Origin: a candidate division FCPU426 bacterium
Lineage (GTDB): Bacteria > Oederibacteriota > Muellerivitia > Muellerivitales > Muellerivitaceae
NCBI GenBank assembly: GCA_963771075.1
Contig: CAVYSE010000003.1
Coordinates: 352,001 to 416,000 of the forward strand
Reading direction: 5' to 3'
Length of the DNA: 64,000 nucleotides
Shown: positions 1 through 10,440 of the stretch, piece after piece
How positions within the stretch are numbered: the first letter of the stretch is position 1
Layout of the letters: the number at the start of each line of letters is the position of its first letter
Translations under genes and position numbers: made by a program
Notes under the pieces: generated by a model
Databases searched by the model: none
Told to the model about the DNA's origin: nothing
What the model saw: only the letters and a program-made list of their open reading frames with translations

Positions 1-708
1 CATTTTCGAAAGGCGGAATTGGAGGGCCGTCATGAGGCACCCCAACCCGTAAATACTGCTCCGCATGAAATTGATGGAGGAAGCCTCGGGAAAATATTTG
101 GCGGGGCAGGTGACCTCGGCGATCTGGAAACCCAAATAATGGATCTGGGAGAGCATCTGGTTGTCGAAAATGAAATCGTCGGAGTTCACTTGGAGGGGCA
201 GGGATTCCAGCACCTTTCGGGTAAAGCCCCGGTAGCCCGTGTGGTACTCGGAAAGCTTTGCGCCCATGAGCATGTTTTGGGACAGGGTGAGGAAACGGTT
301 GCTGATATATTTGTAAACCGGCATGCCGCCTTGCAGGGCCTGGCCGCCCAGGATGCGGGAAGCCAAGACCACGTCGTAAAGCCCGGAGGCTAGGAGGTGC
401 GCCATGGGGGCGATGAGCTTGGGGGTGTATTGGTAATCCGGATGGAGCATGATGACGATTTCCGCGCCCCGCCTCAATGCCGCCTCATAACAGGTTTTCT
501 GGTTTCCCCCGTAGCCCCGGTTGGCGGGATGAACCAGGGTCTTGATCTTTAGTTTCTTGGCCAATTGGGCGGTCTCATCCCGGCTGGCGTCATCCACGAG
601 GATCACCTCATCCACGATGTCCTTCGGCACCTCGTCATAGGTCTGTTTGAGGGTCTTGGCGGCGTTATAGGCCGGCATGACCACGATGACTTTTTTCTTG
701 TGGATCAC
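1..708 (-). CDS. Glycosyltransferase family 2 (polyprenol-phosphate mannose synthase-like), 3' end runs off window
   Basis: Own translation from GTG at 708: MIHKKKVIVVMPAYNAAKTL...ILVDDASRD...NRGYGGNQK...MLHPDYQY; start overlaps the upstream stop. Confidence 0.9.
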   Translation of the reverse strand, partial: MIHKKKVIVVMPAYNAAKTLKQTYDEVPKDIVDEVILVDDASRDETAQLAKKLKIKTLVHPANRGYGGNQKTCYEAALRRGAEIVIMLHPDYQYTPKLIAPMAHLLASGLYDVVLASRILGGQALQGGMPVYKYISNRFLTLSQNMLMGAKLSEYHTGYRGFTRKVLESLPLQVNSDDFIFDNQMLSQIHYLGFQIAEVTCPAKYFPEASSINFMRSSIYGLGCLMTALQFRLSKM

Positions 709-1328
709 GTTGTTTCCTTTTCTTCCATGAGCCTGGCTATTTCCAGCGAGTCCCCCACCTTACGGTCTTTCAGCTCCCGGATCACCCTTTCCCGGCGCTC
801 CTGGGGATGGTTTTGGCTTAACTTCCATTTCCCTTCCCATCGGTTGACTTCAATTTTAAATCCCATTACCCCTTGGGCTATTTTTTCCAGGAACTCGGGT
901 GATTGAGACCCCATTTTCCACGGCTTCGCCGAGGGCGCCTCAAAATAATCCGTCATTTCCAACAATAAATTCTTCGTTTCCGCGCCCCCCATCGGGCGGA
1001 AAATCCCATAGGCGTGAACCGCCACATAGTTCCAGGTTGGAACGACATTCTCGGCTTCATACCAAGCGGGTGAGATATAGGCGTGGGGGCCCTGGAACAC
1101 CCCCAAAACTTCCTTCCCACCCAACTCTTCCCATTGGGAATTCGCCCTGGCCATATGGCTGATCAGCTCTCCCTGGGGCCCATGCTTTTCTTTTAAGAGA
1201 AACGGAAGATGGGTCGCGTGAAGATTTTCACCCGATCGGGAGATCAGCAGGCCGAATGGATATTGCCGGACAAAAGCCTGGATTTTGGAAGGGTCCTTTT
1301 CCTCAAAGGCGCCTGGGGTATACATCAA
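705..1328 (-). CDS. paiB: FMN-binding negative transcriptional regulator, PaiB family
   Basis: MYTP..F start, HLPF, HMARANSQW, GPHAYISPAWY, VPTWNYVAVH, KLSQN motifs. Confidence 0.9.
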   Translation of the reverse strand: MMYTPGAFEEKDPSKIQAFVRQYPFGLLISRSGENLHATHLPFLLKEKHGPQGELISHMARANSQWEELGGKEVLGVFQGPHAYISPAWYEAENVVPTWNYVAVHAYGIFRPMGGAETKNLLLEMTDYFEAPSAKPWKMGSQSPEFLEKIAQGVMGFKIEVNRWEGKWKLSQNHPQERRERVIRELKDRKVGDSLEIARLMEEKETT

Positions 1329-1338
1329 AGAACCTCTT

Positions 1339-2169
1339 TTAACGGATGGCTTTTAAAATTTGACGGTGGGTCAAACCGTTACTGGAGAGCGCGTTCCCCC
1401 CACCCAGGGTCTTTCGACCATTCAGGTCGGTAAAAAGCCCTCCGGCTTCTTCCACACAAATTTTAATGGCGGCCACGTCATAGGGTTTCACCACCGGGTC
1501 CAGCATGGCTTCGACCTGTCCCTGGATCACCAGGGTATGGCCAAAGCAGTCGCCGAAACCCCGGTCGTCGTAGCAACGGGCGATCAGATCGGTCAATTTT
1601 ATTCGGTAGGAAGGGGGAATGAGCCTCATGCCTCCCGTGGTCATGGTTCCCTTTTCCAGTTTGGGAATCTTGGATACCCTCACCCTGCGTCCGTTGGAAT
1701 AACAGCCCCCTCCCTTGGCGGCCCAAAGGGTGAGCCCCAGGGCGGGATGATGGATGACCCCCGCCACCACTTCGCCTTTATATTCCAGCGCTACCAGGGT
1801 CCCCCAGAAGGGGATGCCCCGGATGAACTGCCGGGTGCCATCCACGGGATCGATCCACCAGCGGAAATCGTTTGATTCATTGGGATCCCAACCATATTCT
1901 TCCCCGCATAGCTGATGGGAGGGAAAGGCCTTGGACAGGACGCCGCGGATGATCTTTTCCGCCTCCCGGTCGGCGCGGGTAACCGGCGAACGGTCGATCT
2001 TCTTGATCACCGGAACCTTGGTATTGAAATATTTCAGGGCCCGGCGCCCGCCGGCCTGGGCCGCCACACGGGCCAGGGCCAGGAAACGCTTCAGTTGTTG
2101 GGTTGAGAGTGCTTGGGACATGGAAGGCATTTTAACCATGACCGACAAGCGACGGAAAAGAAAAGTCAA
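1339..2169 (-). CDS. Inositol monophosphatase family, histidinol-phosphatase (HisN-like); true start probably 2121-2139
   Basis: SPVTRADREAE, GEE, WIDPVDGT..F, KPYDVAA motifs. Confidence 0.85.
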   Translation of the reverse strand: MTFLFRRLSVMVKMPSMSQALSTQQLKRFLALARVAAQAGGRRALKYFNTKVPVIKKIDRSPVTRADREAEKIIRGVLSKAFPSHQLCGEEYGWDPNESNDFRWWIDPVDGTRQFIRGIPFWGTLVALEYKGEVVAGVIHHPALGLTLWAAKGGGCYSNGRRVRVSKIPKLEKGTMTTGGMRLIPPSYRIKLTDLIARCYDDRGFGDCFGHTLVIQGQVEAMLDPVVKPYDVAAIKICVEEAGGLFTDLNGRKTLGGGNALSSNGLTHRQILKAIR

Positions 2170-2420
2170 AAGATTGAAACACAGAGAAAACCAACGTCCA
2201 ACGCATGCCGACCTTCCATGAAACCCTTTTATGAGGTCGGTATAGTCCTGGTTTCATTTGCTCCCAGGGAGCAAATGAGGACAAAGCCGCAAAGACGCCA
2301 AGTACACCCTTTTTGAAGTAAAGTCCGAATCAAGCAAAACCGAAAGAATTAAGGAGCTATTAAAAAAATCTTAGTCTTCCTTTGCGGCTTTGCGTTGGAC
2401 CTAGGTGTTAAGTTTTGCTT

Positions 2421-2897
2421 TTATGTCAGCGCGAAAATTTCGTTTTGGGCGGCCGGGTATTGCCGCAAAAGCTCTTCCCTTTTGGCGAACTCAAGGTCCG
2501 AAAAGTCGAACCCCGGGGCCACGGTCGTGCCCATGAGGCAATACCGGCCCTGCGGCCTTAAACTTCCCGCGAACCAGGTTCCCGCGGGGACCACCATCTG
2601 CAATACCTCGCCCTTTTCAAGGTTTTTCCCCAAGACCATCTTTTTCATCCTACCTTCCGGTGTGAGCCAAACCCATTCGCAGGGATCACCCAGGTAGTAA
2701 TGGAACATTTCATCCGAGACCAAACGGTGGAATTTGGAAACCGCGCCCGGCATGAGCATGTAATAGATGGCCGTGGAACAGGCTTTCGGCGGGTTCATCC
2801 CGGGAATGGACCAGGGGGACCGGTACGTTTCCCGGTAGTAGCCGCCCTCGGGATGGGGTTTCAGCTCCAGCTTTTTAATCAACTCATCTGCGGTCAT
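2421..2897 (-). CDS. Cupin_5 (DUF985) protein
   Basis: LELKPHPEGGYYRETYRS, STAIYY, HRLVSDEMFHYY, VAPGFDFSD; start taken at MTADEL. Confidence 0.9.
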   Translation of the reverse strand: MTADELIKKLELKPHPEGGYYRETYRSPWSIPGMNPPKACSTAIYYMLMPGAVSKFHRLVSDEMFHYYLGDPCEWVWLTPEGRMKKMVLGKNLEKGEVLQMVVPAGTWFAGSLRPQGRYCLMGTTVAPGFDFSDLEFAKREELLRQYPAAQNEIFALT

Positions 2898-2922
2898 TTT
2901 TACCCCAAGACAAAACAAATTT

Positions 2923-3085
2923 TTACCACAGAGACACAGAGTCACAGAGAAAGGTAAGTATCCCCTTACAACAAGTAAAAGCAAAAAAACGAAAAATTTA
3001 CCACAGGGACACAGAGGCACAGAGAAAACAGATCAAGTTTGGGGCTTTTTGCTTACCTCCGTGTCTCTGTGACTCTGTGATGAAA
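2923..3085. repeat. REP-like intergenic element (two direct ACCACAG(A/G)GACACAGAG copies plus an inverted copy)
   Basis: ttaccacagagacacagagtcacagag at 2923, ttaccacagggacacagaggcacagag at 2998, inverted ccgtgtctctgtgactctgtga at ~3059. Confidence 0.65.
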
Positions 3086-3095
3086 AGCCTTTTGT

Positions 3096-4193
3096 TTATA
3101 CCCCGAAAGAAACGCCTATTTTTTTCGCGGCCATGACCAGTTCGTCCTTGGGGGGAACGGGACGGCTCTTTCCCCCCACGATGGAGAGGGGCACAGAAGC
3201 CATTTCGCCCTTCTGGAGGGCCACCATGCGGCCGAACTCGCCTTTCAGCACCATTTCCATGGCCTTCACCCCGAAACGGGTGGCCAAAACCCGGTCGAAG
3301 GAGGTGGGGCTTCCACCCCGGACGATATGGCCCAGGTTCACGGAACGGGTTTCGATGCCGGTTAATTTTTCCACGTTCTCGGAAAGCTGTTTGCCCACGC
3401 CCCCCAGGCGGATTTTCTCGGGCGAATTTTCCACCACCCGGTCCACCACGATGCGCCCCTTGCGGGGATGGGCGCCTTCGGCCACCACGATGATGCTGCT
3501 CTTTTTTCCCATTTCGTGGCGCTGGAGGACGGCTTCGGCTACTTTCTTGTCCTCATAGGGGAACTCGGGAACCAAGATGACATCCGCGCCCCCGGCAAGG
3601 CCGGCGCGCAGGGCCAGCCAGCCCGCGTAACGGCCCATGACCTCCACGACCATGACCCGGTGGTGGGAATCGGCGGTGGTATGGAGACGGTCGATAGCCT
3701 CGGCCGCAGTGGCAACGGCCGTGTCGTGCCCGAAAGTCTGCTCGGTGCCCACCAGGTCGTTGTCGATGGTCTTGGGCACCCCCACAATTTTCACGCCTTT
3801 TTTTGAGAAAAGCTGGGAGATGGTCATGGTGCCGTCGCCCCCCAAAACCACCAGGGCGTCTAGGCCCCATTCCTTGAAATTTTGCAGGGCCTTGCCGCTC
3901 TGGTCCTCCACATGGGTCATTCCCGCCTTGTCCTTCACGTACATGCCGAAGGGATTGTCCTTGTTGGAGGAACCCAGAATGGTTCCCCCCAACACCAGGA
4001 TGCCGGACACGCAGGAAGAGGTTAGGGGCTGGACGGTGCCCGCCACCGTGCCCAGGAAACCGTCATGGATGCCGAGGACCTCGATGCCTTCCCGAAGAGC
4101 GGACTTGACCACGGCCCGGATGACAGCGTTCAAGCCGGGGCAATCGCCCCCCGCCGTGATGATGCCGATTCGTTTGACGGATGATCGGGCCAT
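3096..4193 (-). CDS. pfkA: 6-phosphofructokinase
   Basis: GGDCPGLNAVIR, GGTILGSS, GGDGT, PKTIDND, VEVMGRYAGW. Confidence 0.95.
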   Translation of the reverse strand: MARSSVKRIGIITAGGDCPGLNAVIRAVVKSALREGIEVLGIHDGFLGTVAGTVQPLTSSCVSGILVLGGTILGSSNKDNPFGMYVKDKAGMTHVEDQSGKALQNFKEWGLDALVVLGGDGTMTISQLFSKKGVKIVGVPKTIDNDLVGTEQTFGHDTAVATAAEAIDRLHTTADSHHRVMVVEVMGRYAGWLALRAGLAGGADVILVPEFPYEDKKVAEAVLQRHEMGKKSSIIVVAEGAHPRKGRIVVDRVVENSPEKIRLGGVGKQLSENVEKLTGIETRSVNLGHIVRGGSPTSFDRVLATRFGVKAMEMVLKGEFGRMVALQKGEMASVPLSIVGGKSRPVPPKDELVMAAKKIGVSFGV

Positions 4194-4198
4194 GGGCT

Positions 4199-4702
4199 TT
4201 ATTGGACCCCGAGCAACTCGACGTCGAAGATCAAGGTCGCGCCGGGGGGGATCACCCCGCCCGCGCCGCGATCGCCGTAGCCCAGGTCGGAGGGAATCGT
4301 CAATTTGCGTTTCTCGCCTACCTTCATGCCGGCCACGCCCTCATCCCAGCCCTTGATGACCTGTCCCTCGCCCAGGGTAAAATCAAAGGGCTGTCCCCGA
4401 TCCAAGGAGCTGTCGAACTTAGTGCCGTTGGTCAGCCATCCGGTGTAATGCACGGTGACATGTTGGCCGGCCTTCGCCACATCCCCCGTTCCTTCCTTCA
4501 AAACCTCGTATTTCAAGCCGGATGCAGTTGTTTTCACCTTGGATACCCCCTTTGCTTTTTTATGGACCACGGTGGCGACAGGCGTCACCGACTGTACCAC
4601 CGTCGGGGTCTGCGCCACTGGCGTCGAATCTTGAGCCTTGGACAAGCCAGCCGCTCCCAGCACAACCGTCAAAACCATGATGCCCTTGAAACTTGAACGC
4701 AT
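4199..4702 (-). CDS. FKBP-type peptidyl-prolyl isomerase with signal peptide
   Basis: [40 protein letters not shown]. Confidence 0.95.
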   Translation of the reverse strand: MRSSFKGIMVLTVVLGAAGLSKAQDSTPVAQTPTVVQSVTPVATVVHKKAKGVSKVKTTASGLKYEVLKEGTGDVAKAGQHVTVHYTGWLTNGTKFDSSLDRGQPFDFTLGEGQVIKGWDEGVAGMKVGEKRKLTIPSDLGYGDRGAGGVIPPGATLIFDVELLGVQ

Positions 4703-4762
4703 TGCCAAACCTCCCAGGTTAATGTTCAACGAGCCGGCAAAAGGGTCAAAGGACCCCCAGGG

Positions 4763-5251
4763 TCACTGGACCCCCAATAACTCCACATCAAACACCAAGG
4801 TAGCGTTGGGCGGGATCGTGGGGGGCGCTCCGTTGGGCCCATAACCCAGGTCCGAAGGGATGATCAATTTCCGTTTCTCCCCGATTTTCATCCCGGCGAC
4901 ACCCTCATCCCATCCATGGATCACCCGCCCCATCCCCAGGGGGAACTGAAAGGGCTGGCCCCGGTCCACCGAGCTGTCGAATTTGGTCCCATCCAGCAGC
5001 CACCCGGTGTAATTCACGCTGACCATCTTTCCCGGTTGGGCGGCATTGCCGGTCCCTTCCTTTATCACCTGGTATTGAAGCCCGGACGCGGTGGTAACGG
5101 CCTTCGACTGGGAGGTTTCCCCCGGCAGAGGCCCGTTCTTGGCGCAACCCGCCCCGAAATAGACGACACCCGCGAACAAAACCAAGAGTCCCATCCCCCA
5201 ACGGAATCTTTTTCGAATATGGCGCTTTTCAGACCCAAACCGCATGGTCAT
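4763..5251 (-). CDS. FKBP-type peptidyl-prolyl isomerase (tandem paralogue, possible lipoprotein)
   Basis: Same FKBP motifs; GAGC lipobox-like; AGGAGG RBS before 5251. Confidence 0.93.
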   Translation of the reverse strand: MTMRFGSEKRHIRKRFRWGMGLLVLFAGVVYFGAGCAKNGPLPGETSQSKAVTTASGLQYQVIKEGTGNAAQPGKMVSVNYTGWLLDGTKFDSSVDRGQPFQFPLGMGRVIHGWDEGVAGMKIGEKRKLIIPSDLGYGPNGAPPTIPPNATLVFDVELLGVQ

Positions 5252-5324
5252 TCCTCCTGAATTTTTCAATCGATGAAACGGAAAAAGTATAGCCGATCAG
5301 AAGTCCCTTGCCGGAAAACTTTTT

Positions 5325-5752
5325 ATGACGATATTTTGGTTTGTTTTTTTCCTCCTAACAATTGGTGCGCCAAGGGTTGCCGGGCCCCAATCGATTTCCG
5401 GGCGGGCTCTCTTGGCGGTTGGTATCGCGGGGATTTTATTTGTATTCACTTCCAGCATCGCCTCCCAGTGGGGACTCGGCCCACTTATGGATGTTTTCAT
5501 GCTTTGATTTTTTTCTTCTTGGCTTTACCACAGGATTATTTTACGCCCTGGAGAATCATACAGGCTTTGGGTTGCTCCTTGCCGAGAGTTTTATGGGTCT
5601 ATTCGCGGGATACTTCACTGGACACTTCGCGGGACTTTGGCACAATCCCTCGGCTGGGTCTCGAACCTGATGAATGGCCTGGCAGGCCTCGGGGTTTTCG
5701 GAATGCTGATCGTGCATATTGTTTTTTGTTTGGCGGAACCTATCCAAAATAA
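5325..5752 (+). pseudogene. Small membrane protein split over several frames
   Basis: Hydrophobic Gly-rich segments continue across frames, with shifts near 5507, ~5640 and ~5725. Confidence 0.4.
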
Positions 5753-5863
5753 AAACCCGTATCAAACTCCTGAAAGGGCTTCAAGCCCAGCCAAGTGAAC
5801 CGCCTTGTCAAGCCTCCGAATGCTAATATAATGCCCTTCTTATTATTCATCGCGGAGACCACC

Positions 5864-6073
5864 ATGGCCATTGAGGGGTATGTTGACTACAAGCGCAGGG
5901 AATACTGCAACGACGTGAAATGCCCCGTCCAAATGGAAATGAACACGAAAAAAGAGGGGTCGGAAGAATACGAAAAGTTGAGAAAAAAATGCCAGACAGC
6001 CTGCCTACACACCACCTGGGAGTTCCATCAGTGGCTCAATAAACAGGGCTTTGAAATCGTAAAGCGGAAGTAA
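5864..6073 (+). CDS. Small Cys/His-rich hypothetical protein upstream of the aldolase
   Basis: MAIEGYVDYKRREYCNDVKCPVQ...CQTACLHTTWEFHQWL; GGAG RBS. Confidence 0.75.
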   Translation: MAIEGYVDYKRREYCNDVKCPVQMEMNTKKEGSEEYEKLRKKCQTACLHTTWEFHQWLNKQGFEIVKRK

Positions 6074-6100
6074 CTTCAAACTATTTTTAGGAGGCTCTTA

Positions 6101-6892
6101 ATGGACTGGGGCATGAAAAATAGGCTTTCCAAGCTGATCCCTAAGGACGGGCATTGTTTTTATATGCCCATCGACCACGGATATTTCCTGGGGCCCACCC
6201 GATGCCTGGAAAAACCCGGGGAAACCATCAAGCCCCTGCTGGATTACTGCGACGCCCTATTCGTGACCCGTGGCGTCCTTCGCGCCTGCGTGATTCCGGA
6301 GGGCAGCAAGCCCATCATCCTCAGGGTGTCGGGCGGAACCAGCGTCATCGGAAAGGACTTGGCCAACGAGTCCATCACTACTTCCATTGAGGAAATCATC
6401 CGTCTCAACGCCACCGGCGTGGGGGTTTCGGTGTTCGTGGGCACCGATTACGAGAATCAGACCCTCATGAACCTGGCCAAGTTGGTCAATGAGTGCTCCG
6501 ATTACGGGATACCCGTGATGGCCGTGACGGCCGTGGGCAAGGAGCTGGAAAAGCGGGATTCCCGCTACCTGGGCCTTTGCTGCCGCATCGCCGCCGAATT
6601 GGGGGCTACCGTGGTGAAGACCTACTATTGCGCCGAAGGCTTCGACAAGGTCGTAAGCAACTGCCCCGTGCCGGTGGTGATCGCCGGCGGGCCGAAATGC
6701 GAGACCTACAAGGAAGTGCTGGATTTCGTGTACGACGGCATGCAAAAGGGCGCTATCGGCGTCAACCTGGGCCGGAACGTCTGGCAGGACCCCCACCCGG
6801 TGGCGGCCGCCAGGGCCTTGTGGGGCATCATCCATCAGGACATGAACCCCAAGAAGGCTCTCGACCTTTACAACGAAGTCAAAAAATCGTAA
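6101..6892 (+). CDS. lsrF: LsrF-like class I aldolase/thiolase (DhnA family)
   Basis: MDWGMKNRLS, DHGYF.GPT, RIAAELGA.VVKTYY, PVVIAGGPK, GRNVWQ. Confidence 0.85.
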   Translation: MDWGMKNRLSKLIPKDGHCFYMPIDHGYFLGPTRCLEKPGETIKPLLDYCDALFVTRGVLRACVIPEGSKPIILRVSGGTSVIGKDLANESITTSIEEIIRLNATGVGVSVFVGTDYENQTLMNLAKLVNECSDYGIPVMAVTAVGKELEKRDSRYLGLCCRIAAELGATVVKTYYCAEGFDKVVSNCPVPVVIAGGPKCETYKEVLDFVYDGMQKGAIGVNLGRNVWQDPHPVAAARALWGIIHQDMNPKKALDLYNEVKKS

Positions 6893-6895
6893 GTA

Positions 6896-7007
6896 TTCAC
6901 CGCGAAAGCGCGAAGAAAAGCTTTTTCTTGGTTAAAACATAAATCAAAAACAAAAGGATAAGGTGTTATCCAAAATCCTGTGTTTTCCTTCGCGTCTTCG
7001 CGGTAAA
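6896..7007. repeat. REP-like inverted repeat
   Basis: ttcaccgcgaaagcgcgaagaaa ... tttccttcgcgtcttcgcggtaa. Confidence 0.55.
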
Positions 7008-7049
7008 AGCCTGAAGCCGTTAAAAAATTCAAAATAAGGGCGTTTCAAA

Positions 7050-8075
7050 ATGCGCGTGGCGATGTACTACAAAAACAGCGATGTGCGCCTGCAGGAGATG
7101 CCCGTTCCCAAGATCGGGCCCGGCGAGATCCTCGTAAAGATCCAGGCCAGCGGCATCTGCGGCAGCGACGTCCTGGAGTGGTACCGCGTCAAGAAGGCCC
7201 CCATCGTGCTGGGTCACGAAACCGCGGGTGAGATCACCCAAGTAGGCGAGGGAGTTACGAGATTCAAAATTGGGGACCGGGTCGCCGTTTCCCACCATGT
7301 CCCCTGCAACACCTGCCGCTACTGCCTCGCCGGCAACCATACCGTCTGCGAAACCCTCCATACCACCAATTTCGACCCCGGCGGATTTTCCGAATACGTA
7401 CGGGTTCCCAAGCTCAACGTGGACCGGGGAGTCTTTTTTCTTCCTCCCGAGGTTTCCTTCGAGGAGGGCTCCTTCATGGAACCGCTGGGATGCGTGTTGA
7501 GGGGGCAAAGGCTGGCCCGCCTGATGCCCGGGCAAACTGTGCTGGTGATGGGCAGCGGGATCTCCGGCCTGCTTCATATCATGCTGGCCAAGGCCCTTGG
7601 CGCGGGCAGGGTCATCGCCACCGATGTGAGCCCCTACCGCCTGAAGGCCGCGAAGGACCTGGGCGCCGACGCCGTGATCAACGCCAAGGAGGACGTGCCC
7701 GCCCGCCTGAAGGAACTCAACGGGGGCTGGCTGGCCGAACTGGTCATTGTATGCACGGGGGCCATGGCGGCATTCGCCCAGGCCCTGAAATCAGTGGACC
7801 GGGGCGGAACCCTCATGTACTTCGCCACCACCAACCCCGGGGAGACCTTGCCGGTGCCCATCAACGATTACTGGCGCAACGGCATCACCCTCATGCCCTC
7901 CTACGGCAACAGCCCCTACGACGCCGAGGCCGCGATCGCGTTGATCCGCTCGGGCCGGGTGCCGGTGGGAAAATTGATCACCCACCGTCTGGGCCTGGCG
8001 GAAGCCGCCCAGGGGTTTCAACTGGTCGCCGGTGCGGGGGAATCCATCAAGGTCATTCTCGAACCCCAGCGATAG
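7050..8075 (+). CDS. Zinc-dependent medium-chain alcohol dehydrogenase
   Basis: GICGSD, GHE, CxxCxxC...C, GSGISG. Confidence 0.92.
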   Translation: MRVAMYYKNSDVRLQEMPVPKIGPGEILVKIQASGICGSDVLEWYRVKKAPIVLGHETAGEITQVGEGVTRFKIGDRVAVSHHVPCNTCRYCLAGNHTVCETLHTTNFDPGGFSEYVRVPKLNVDRGVFFLPPEVSFEEGSFMEPLGCVLRGQRLARLMPGQTVLVMGSGISGLLHIMLAKALGAGRVIATDVSPYRLKAAKDLGADAVINAKEDVPARLKELNGGWLAELVIVCTGAMAAFAQALKSVDRGGTLMYFATTNPGETLPVPINDYWRNGITLMPSYGNSPYDAEAAIALIRSGRVPVGKLITHRLGLAEAAQGFQLVAGAGESIKVILEPQR

Positions 8076-8119
8076 CCGACCGCTTTTTCCCCATCCAAGG
8101 TTTTTACCGCTTTTTCTAT

Positions 8120-8319
8120 CTGTCATTGCGAGGAATGCTCCGCGAATAGGGGGCGATCAAGACAAGCTTGAAGTAGTTGGCCAGAATTCGGCCAACCATC
8201 CAAGGGATTTAGCCCATGGACAATCCCAGTTTAAATAAGCCTGTCAAAAAACTCGAAAAGCGAACTGAGATCGCCACGTCGCCAACCGCCCCGATTGGGG
8301 CGGCTCCTCGCGATGACAG
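8120..8319. repeat. REP/MITE-like element bounded by CTGTCATTGCGAGGA / TCCTCGCGATGACAG inverted repeats
   Basis: 15-bp near-perfect inverted termini 200 bp apart. Confidence 0.55.
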
Positions 8320-8412
8320 CTTTTAAAACCAAACCTAAACAAAGACAAACCACTGGCCCTCTAGGCTCTAAGTTGACACCCCCCATCCCGCTCCATAAGA
8401 TGCAACGCTTAT

Positions 8413-9432
8413 ATGGAACAAGCCCTGCATGTCGAAAACCTCTCGAAAACCTACCGGCGGCGCAAGCGCCAGGCGGGGGTGCTGGGCGCGGTGAAAGCCC
8501 TTTTCGGCGGCGAGGTCGAGGAACTCCAAGCCGTCCGGGACCTGAGCTTCTCGATCCAACGCGGGGAGCGGGTGGGCCTGATCGGCGAGAACGGCGCCGG
8601 AAAATCCACCACCCTCAAGATGCTCACCGGCATCCTGGTGCCCACCGGTGGAAAGCTGGAAGTCTTGGGCCGGGTGCCCTGGAAGGAACGCCGCCAACTG
8701 GCCCTGAACATCGGGGTGGTCTTCGGCCAAAGGCCGCAGCTGCTTTGGGACATCCCGGTGCAGGAAACCTTCGAGCTTTTGCGCACCATGTACCGCATCC
8801 CGAAAGACATATATGAGACCATTTACGGCGAGGCGGTCAAACGATTAAGCCTGGGGCCCCTGCTATCCACCCCCGTTCGCCAGCTTTCCCTGGGGCAGCG
8901 CATGCGCTGCGACCTGGCGGCCTCCCTTTTGCACGCGCCCGCCGTGGTCTTTCTGGACGAACCCACCATCGGCCTGGACCTTTCGGTCAAGGAACAGGTC
9001 AGGGAATTCATCACCGATATCCAGGAAAAGTTCGGCCTCACCCTTTTACTGACCACCCATGACCTGAAGGACATCACCGAAACCTGCGACCGCCTGCTGC
9101 TGTTGGACAAGGGGAAACTGCTGTTCGACGGGTCCATCCGCGACTTCGAGAAGGAATACGCCAGCGACCGGCGCATCGTGGCGGAACTGCACCGGCCCAT
9201 CACGGCCGTGGAAAAGGCCTCGCTTGAAAAGGAAACCTCGCGGTTGGGCGGAAACCTGAAGGAAGCCGAAGGCATCCGCCTGGTCATCGAGCATAAGGAC
9301 GAGGCTTCGGCCCCCCCATTGATCCAGATGCTCCTGGGCCAATTGAAAGTGGTCGACCTGAACCTGGAAAAAACCGACATTGAGACAATCGTCACCCGCA
9401 TTTACCGGCGGCCCGGGGACGGCCCCCGATGA
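8413..9432 (+). CDS. ABC transporter ATP-binding protein
   Basis: GENGAGKST, LSLGQRMR, VFLDEPT, TTH. Confidence 0.95.
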   Translation: MEQALHVENLSKTYRRRKRQAGVLGAVKALFGGEVEELQAVRDLSFSIQRGERVGLIGENGAGKSTTLKMLTGILVPTGGKLEVLGRVPWKERRQLALNIGVVFGQRPQLLWDIPVQETFELLRTMYRIPKDIYETIYGEAVKRLSLGPLLSTPVRQLSLGQRMRCDLAASLLHAPAVVFLDEPTIGLDLSVKEQVREFITDIQEKFGLTLLLTTHDLKDITETCDRLLLLDKGKLLFDGSIRDFEKEYASDRRIVAELHRPITAVEKASLEKETSRLGGNLKEAEGIRLVIEHKDEASAPPLIQMLLGQLKVVDLNLEKTDIETIVTRIYRRPGDGPR

Positions 9433-10265
9433 TCACCCGCGCCCTGTCCTCCCCCCTTAACCTCAAGGAAAATATCAACAGCTACCTGGCCTATTTGAAC
9501 CGTGCCCTGAAGGCTAACTTCGCCTATAAAAGCTCCACCTTCTTGGGTCTCTTTACCGCGGCCCTGACCTATGGGATCACGGTGCTCGTATGGAGATTCG
9601 TCTATGCCCAGGGCGGCCCGGCCAAGGCCCTGAGCGCCAAGGAAATGTTCGCCTACCTGGCCCTCGCCTTCTGCCTGAACTTCGCCTTGACCATCAATAT
9701 CGACCAAAGGGTAGGACAGCGCATAAGGCTGGGCCTGATCGCGACGGACCTCTTGAAACCGCTGGATTTCCAATTGACCCAGGCCGTCCAGGCCCTCAGC
9801 GACGCCCTCTTCAACGGCTTTGTGGGGTTGGGAATCCTGGCGGTGGTCTACTGTTTCCTGGGGGAAGCGGTCCTGCCGAAAAACACGGGTTGCCTCTGCT
9901 ATTTTCTGGCCAGCGTCTTTCTCGGCTTCGTGGTGCAATATTCCATCGTCTTTTTATTTATCCAGGGCGCCTTCTATACCTACAGCGGTTACGGCCTTTT
10001 CGCGTCCCGTATCGCCCTGCACCAGACCTTTTCCGGACTTCAGGCACCCTTAAGCCTCTATCCCCCGATCCTTCTAACGATAGGCCGTTGGCTTCCCTTT
10101 CAGCACATCATCTACACGCCCATTTCTTTATATATGGGCCGGGTGGAGGGCACCGAAGCACTGAACCTGCTGGGAGAACAAGCCCTCTGGGCCGCGGGAT
10201 TATACCTGTTGGGCCATTACACCCTTCGAAAAGCCCTGGGCCAATTGGAAATACAAGGCGGATAA
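9429..10265 (+). CDS. ABC-2 type permease (DUF990-like)
   Basis: Multi-TM; G.IATDLLKPL, LPF..I.YTP, C-terminal QGG. Confidence 0.88.
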   Translation: MITRALSSPLNLKENINSYLAYLNRALKANFAYKSSTFLGLFTAALTYGITVLVWRFVYAQGGPAKALSAKEMFAYLALAFCLNFALTINIDQRVGQRIRLGLIATDLLKPLDFQLTQAVQALSDALFNGFVGLGILAVVYCFLGEAVLPKNTGCLCYFLASVFLGFVVQYSIVFLFIQGAFYTYSGYGLFASRIALHQTFSGLQAPLSLYPPILLTIGRWLPFQHIIYTPISLYMGRVEGTEALNLLGEQALWAAGLYLLGHYTLRKALGQLEIQGG

Positions 10266-10440
10266 CAAAGACAGTCGGCAGCTCGCAGTTCACAGTCGAC
10301 AGGTCTACCCCAATTGCGGTTTGCAATTGGGGATACCAAACCTCGCTGTTCGCCTTGAGGCTCACAGCAGGTGGCAGCCACAGCTAAACGCAAGGCGAAA
10401 AAAGAACGGAACGTTGCACTTGGGAAAGTAAATCAACCTA

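Noticed and set aside
19..393. Many antisense ORFs in the ORF track (e.g. 19-393, 11472-12437, 38395-39369)
   Set aside because: Shadow frames of well-supported opposite-strand genes in GC-rich DNA
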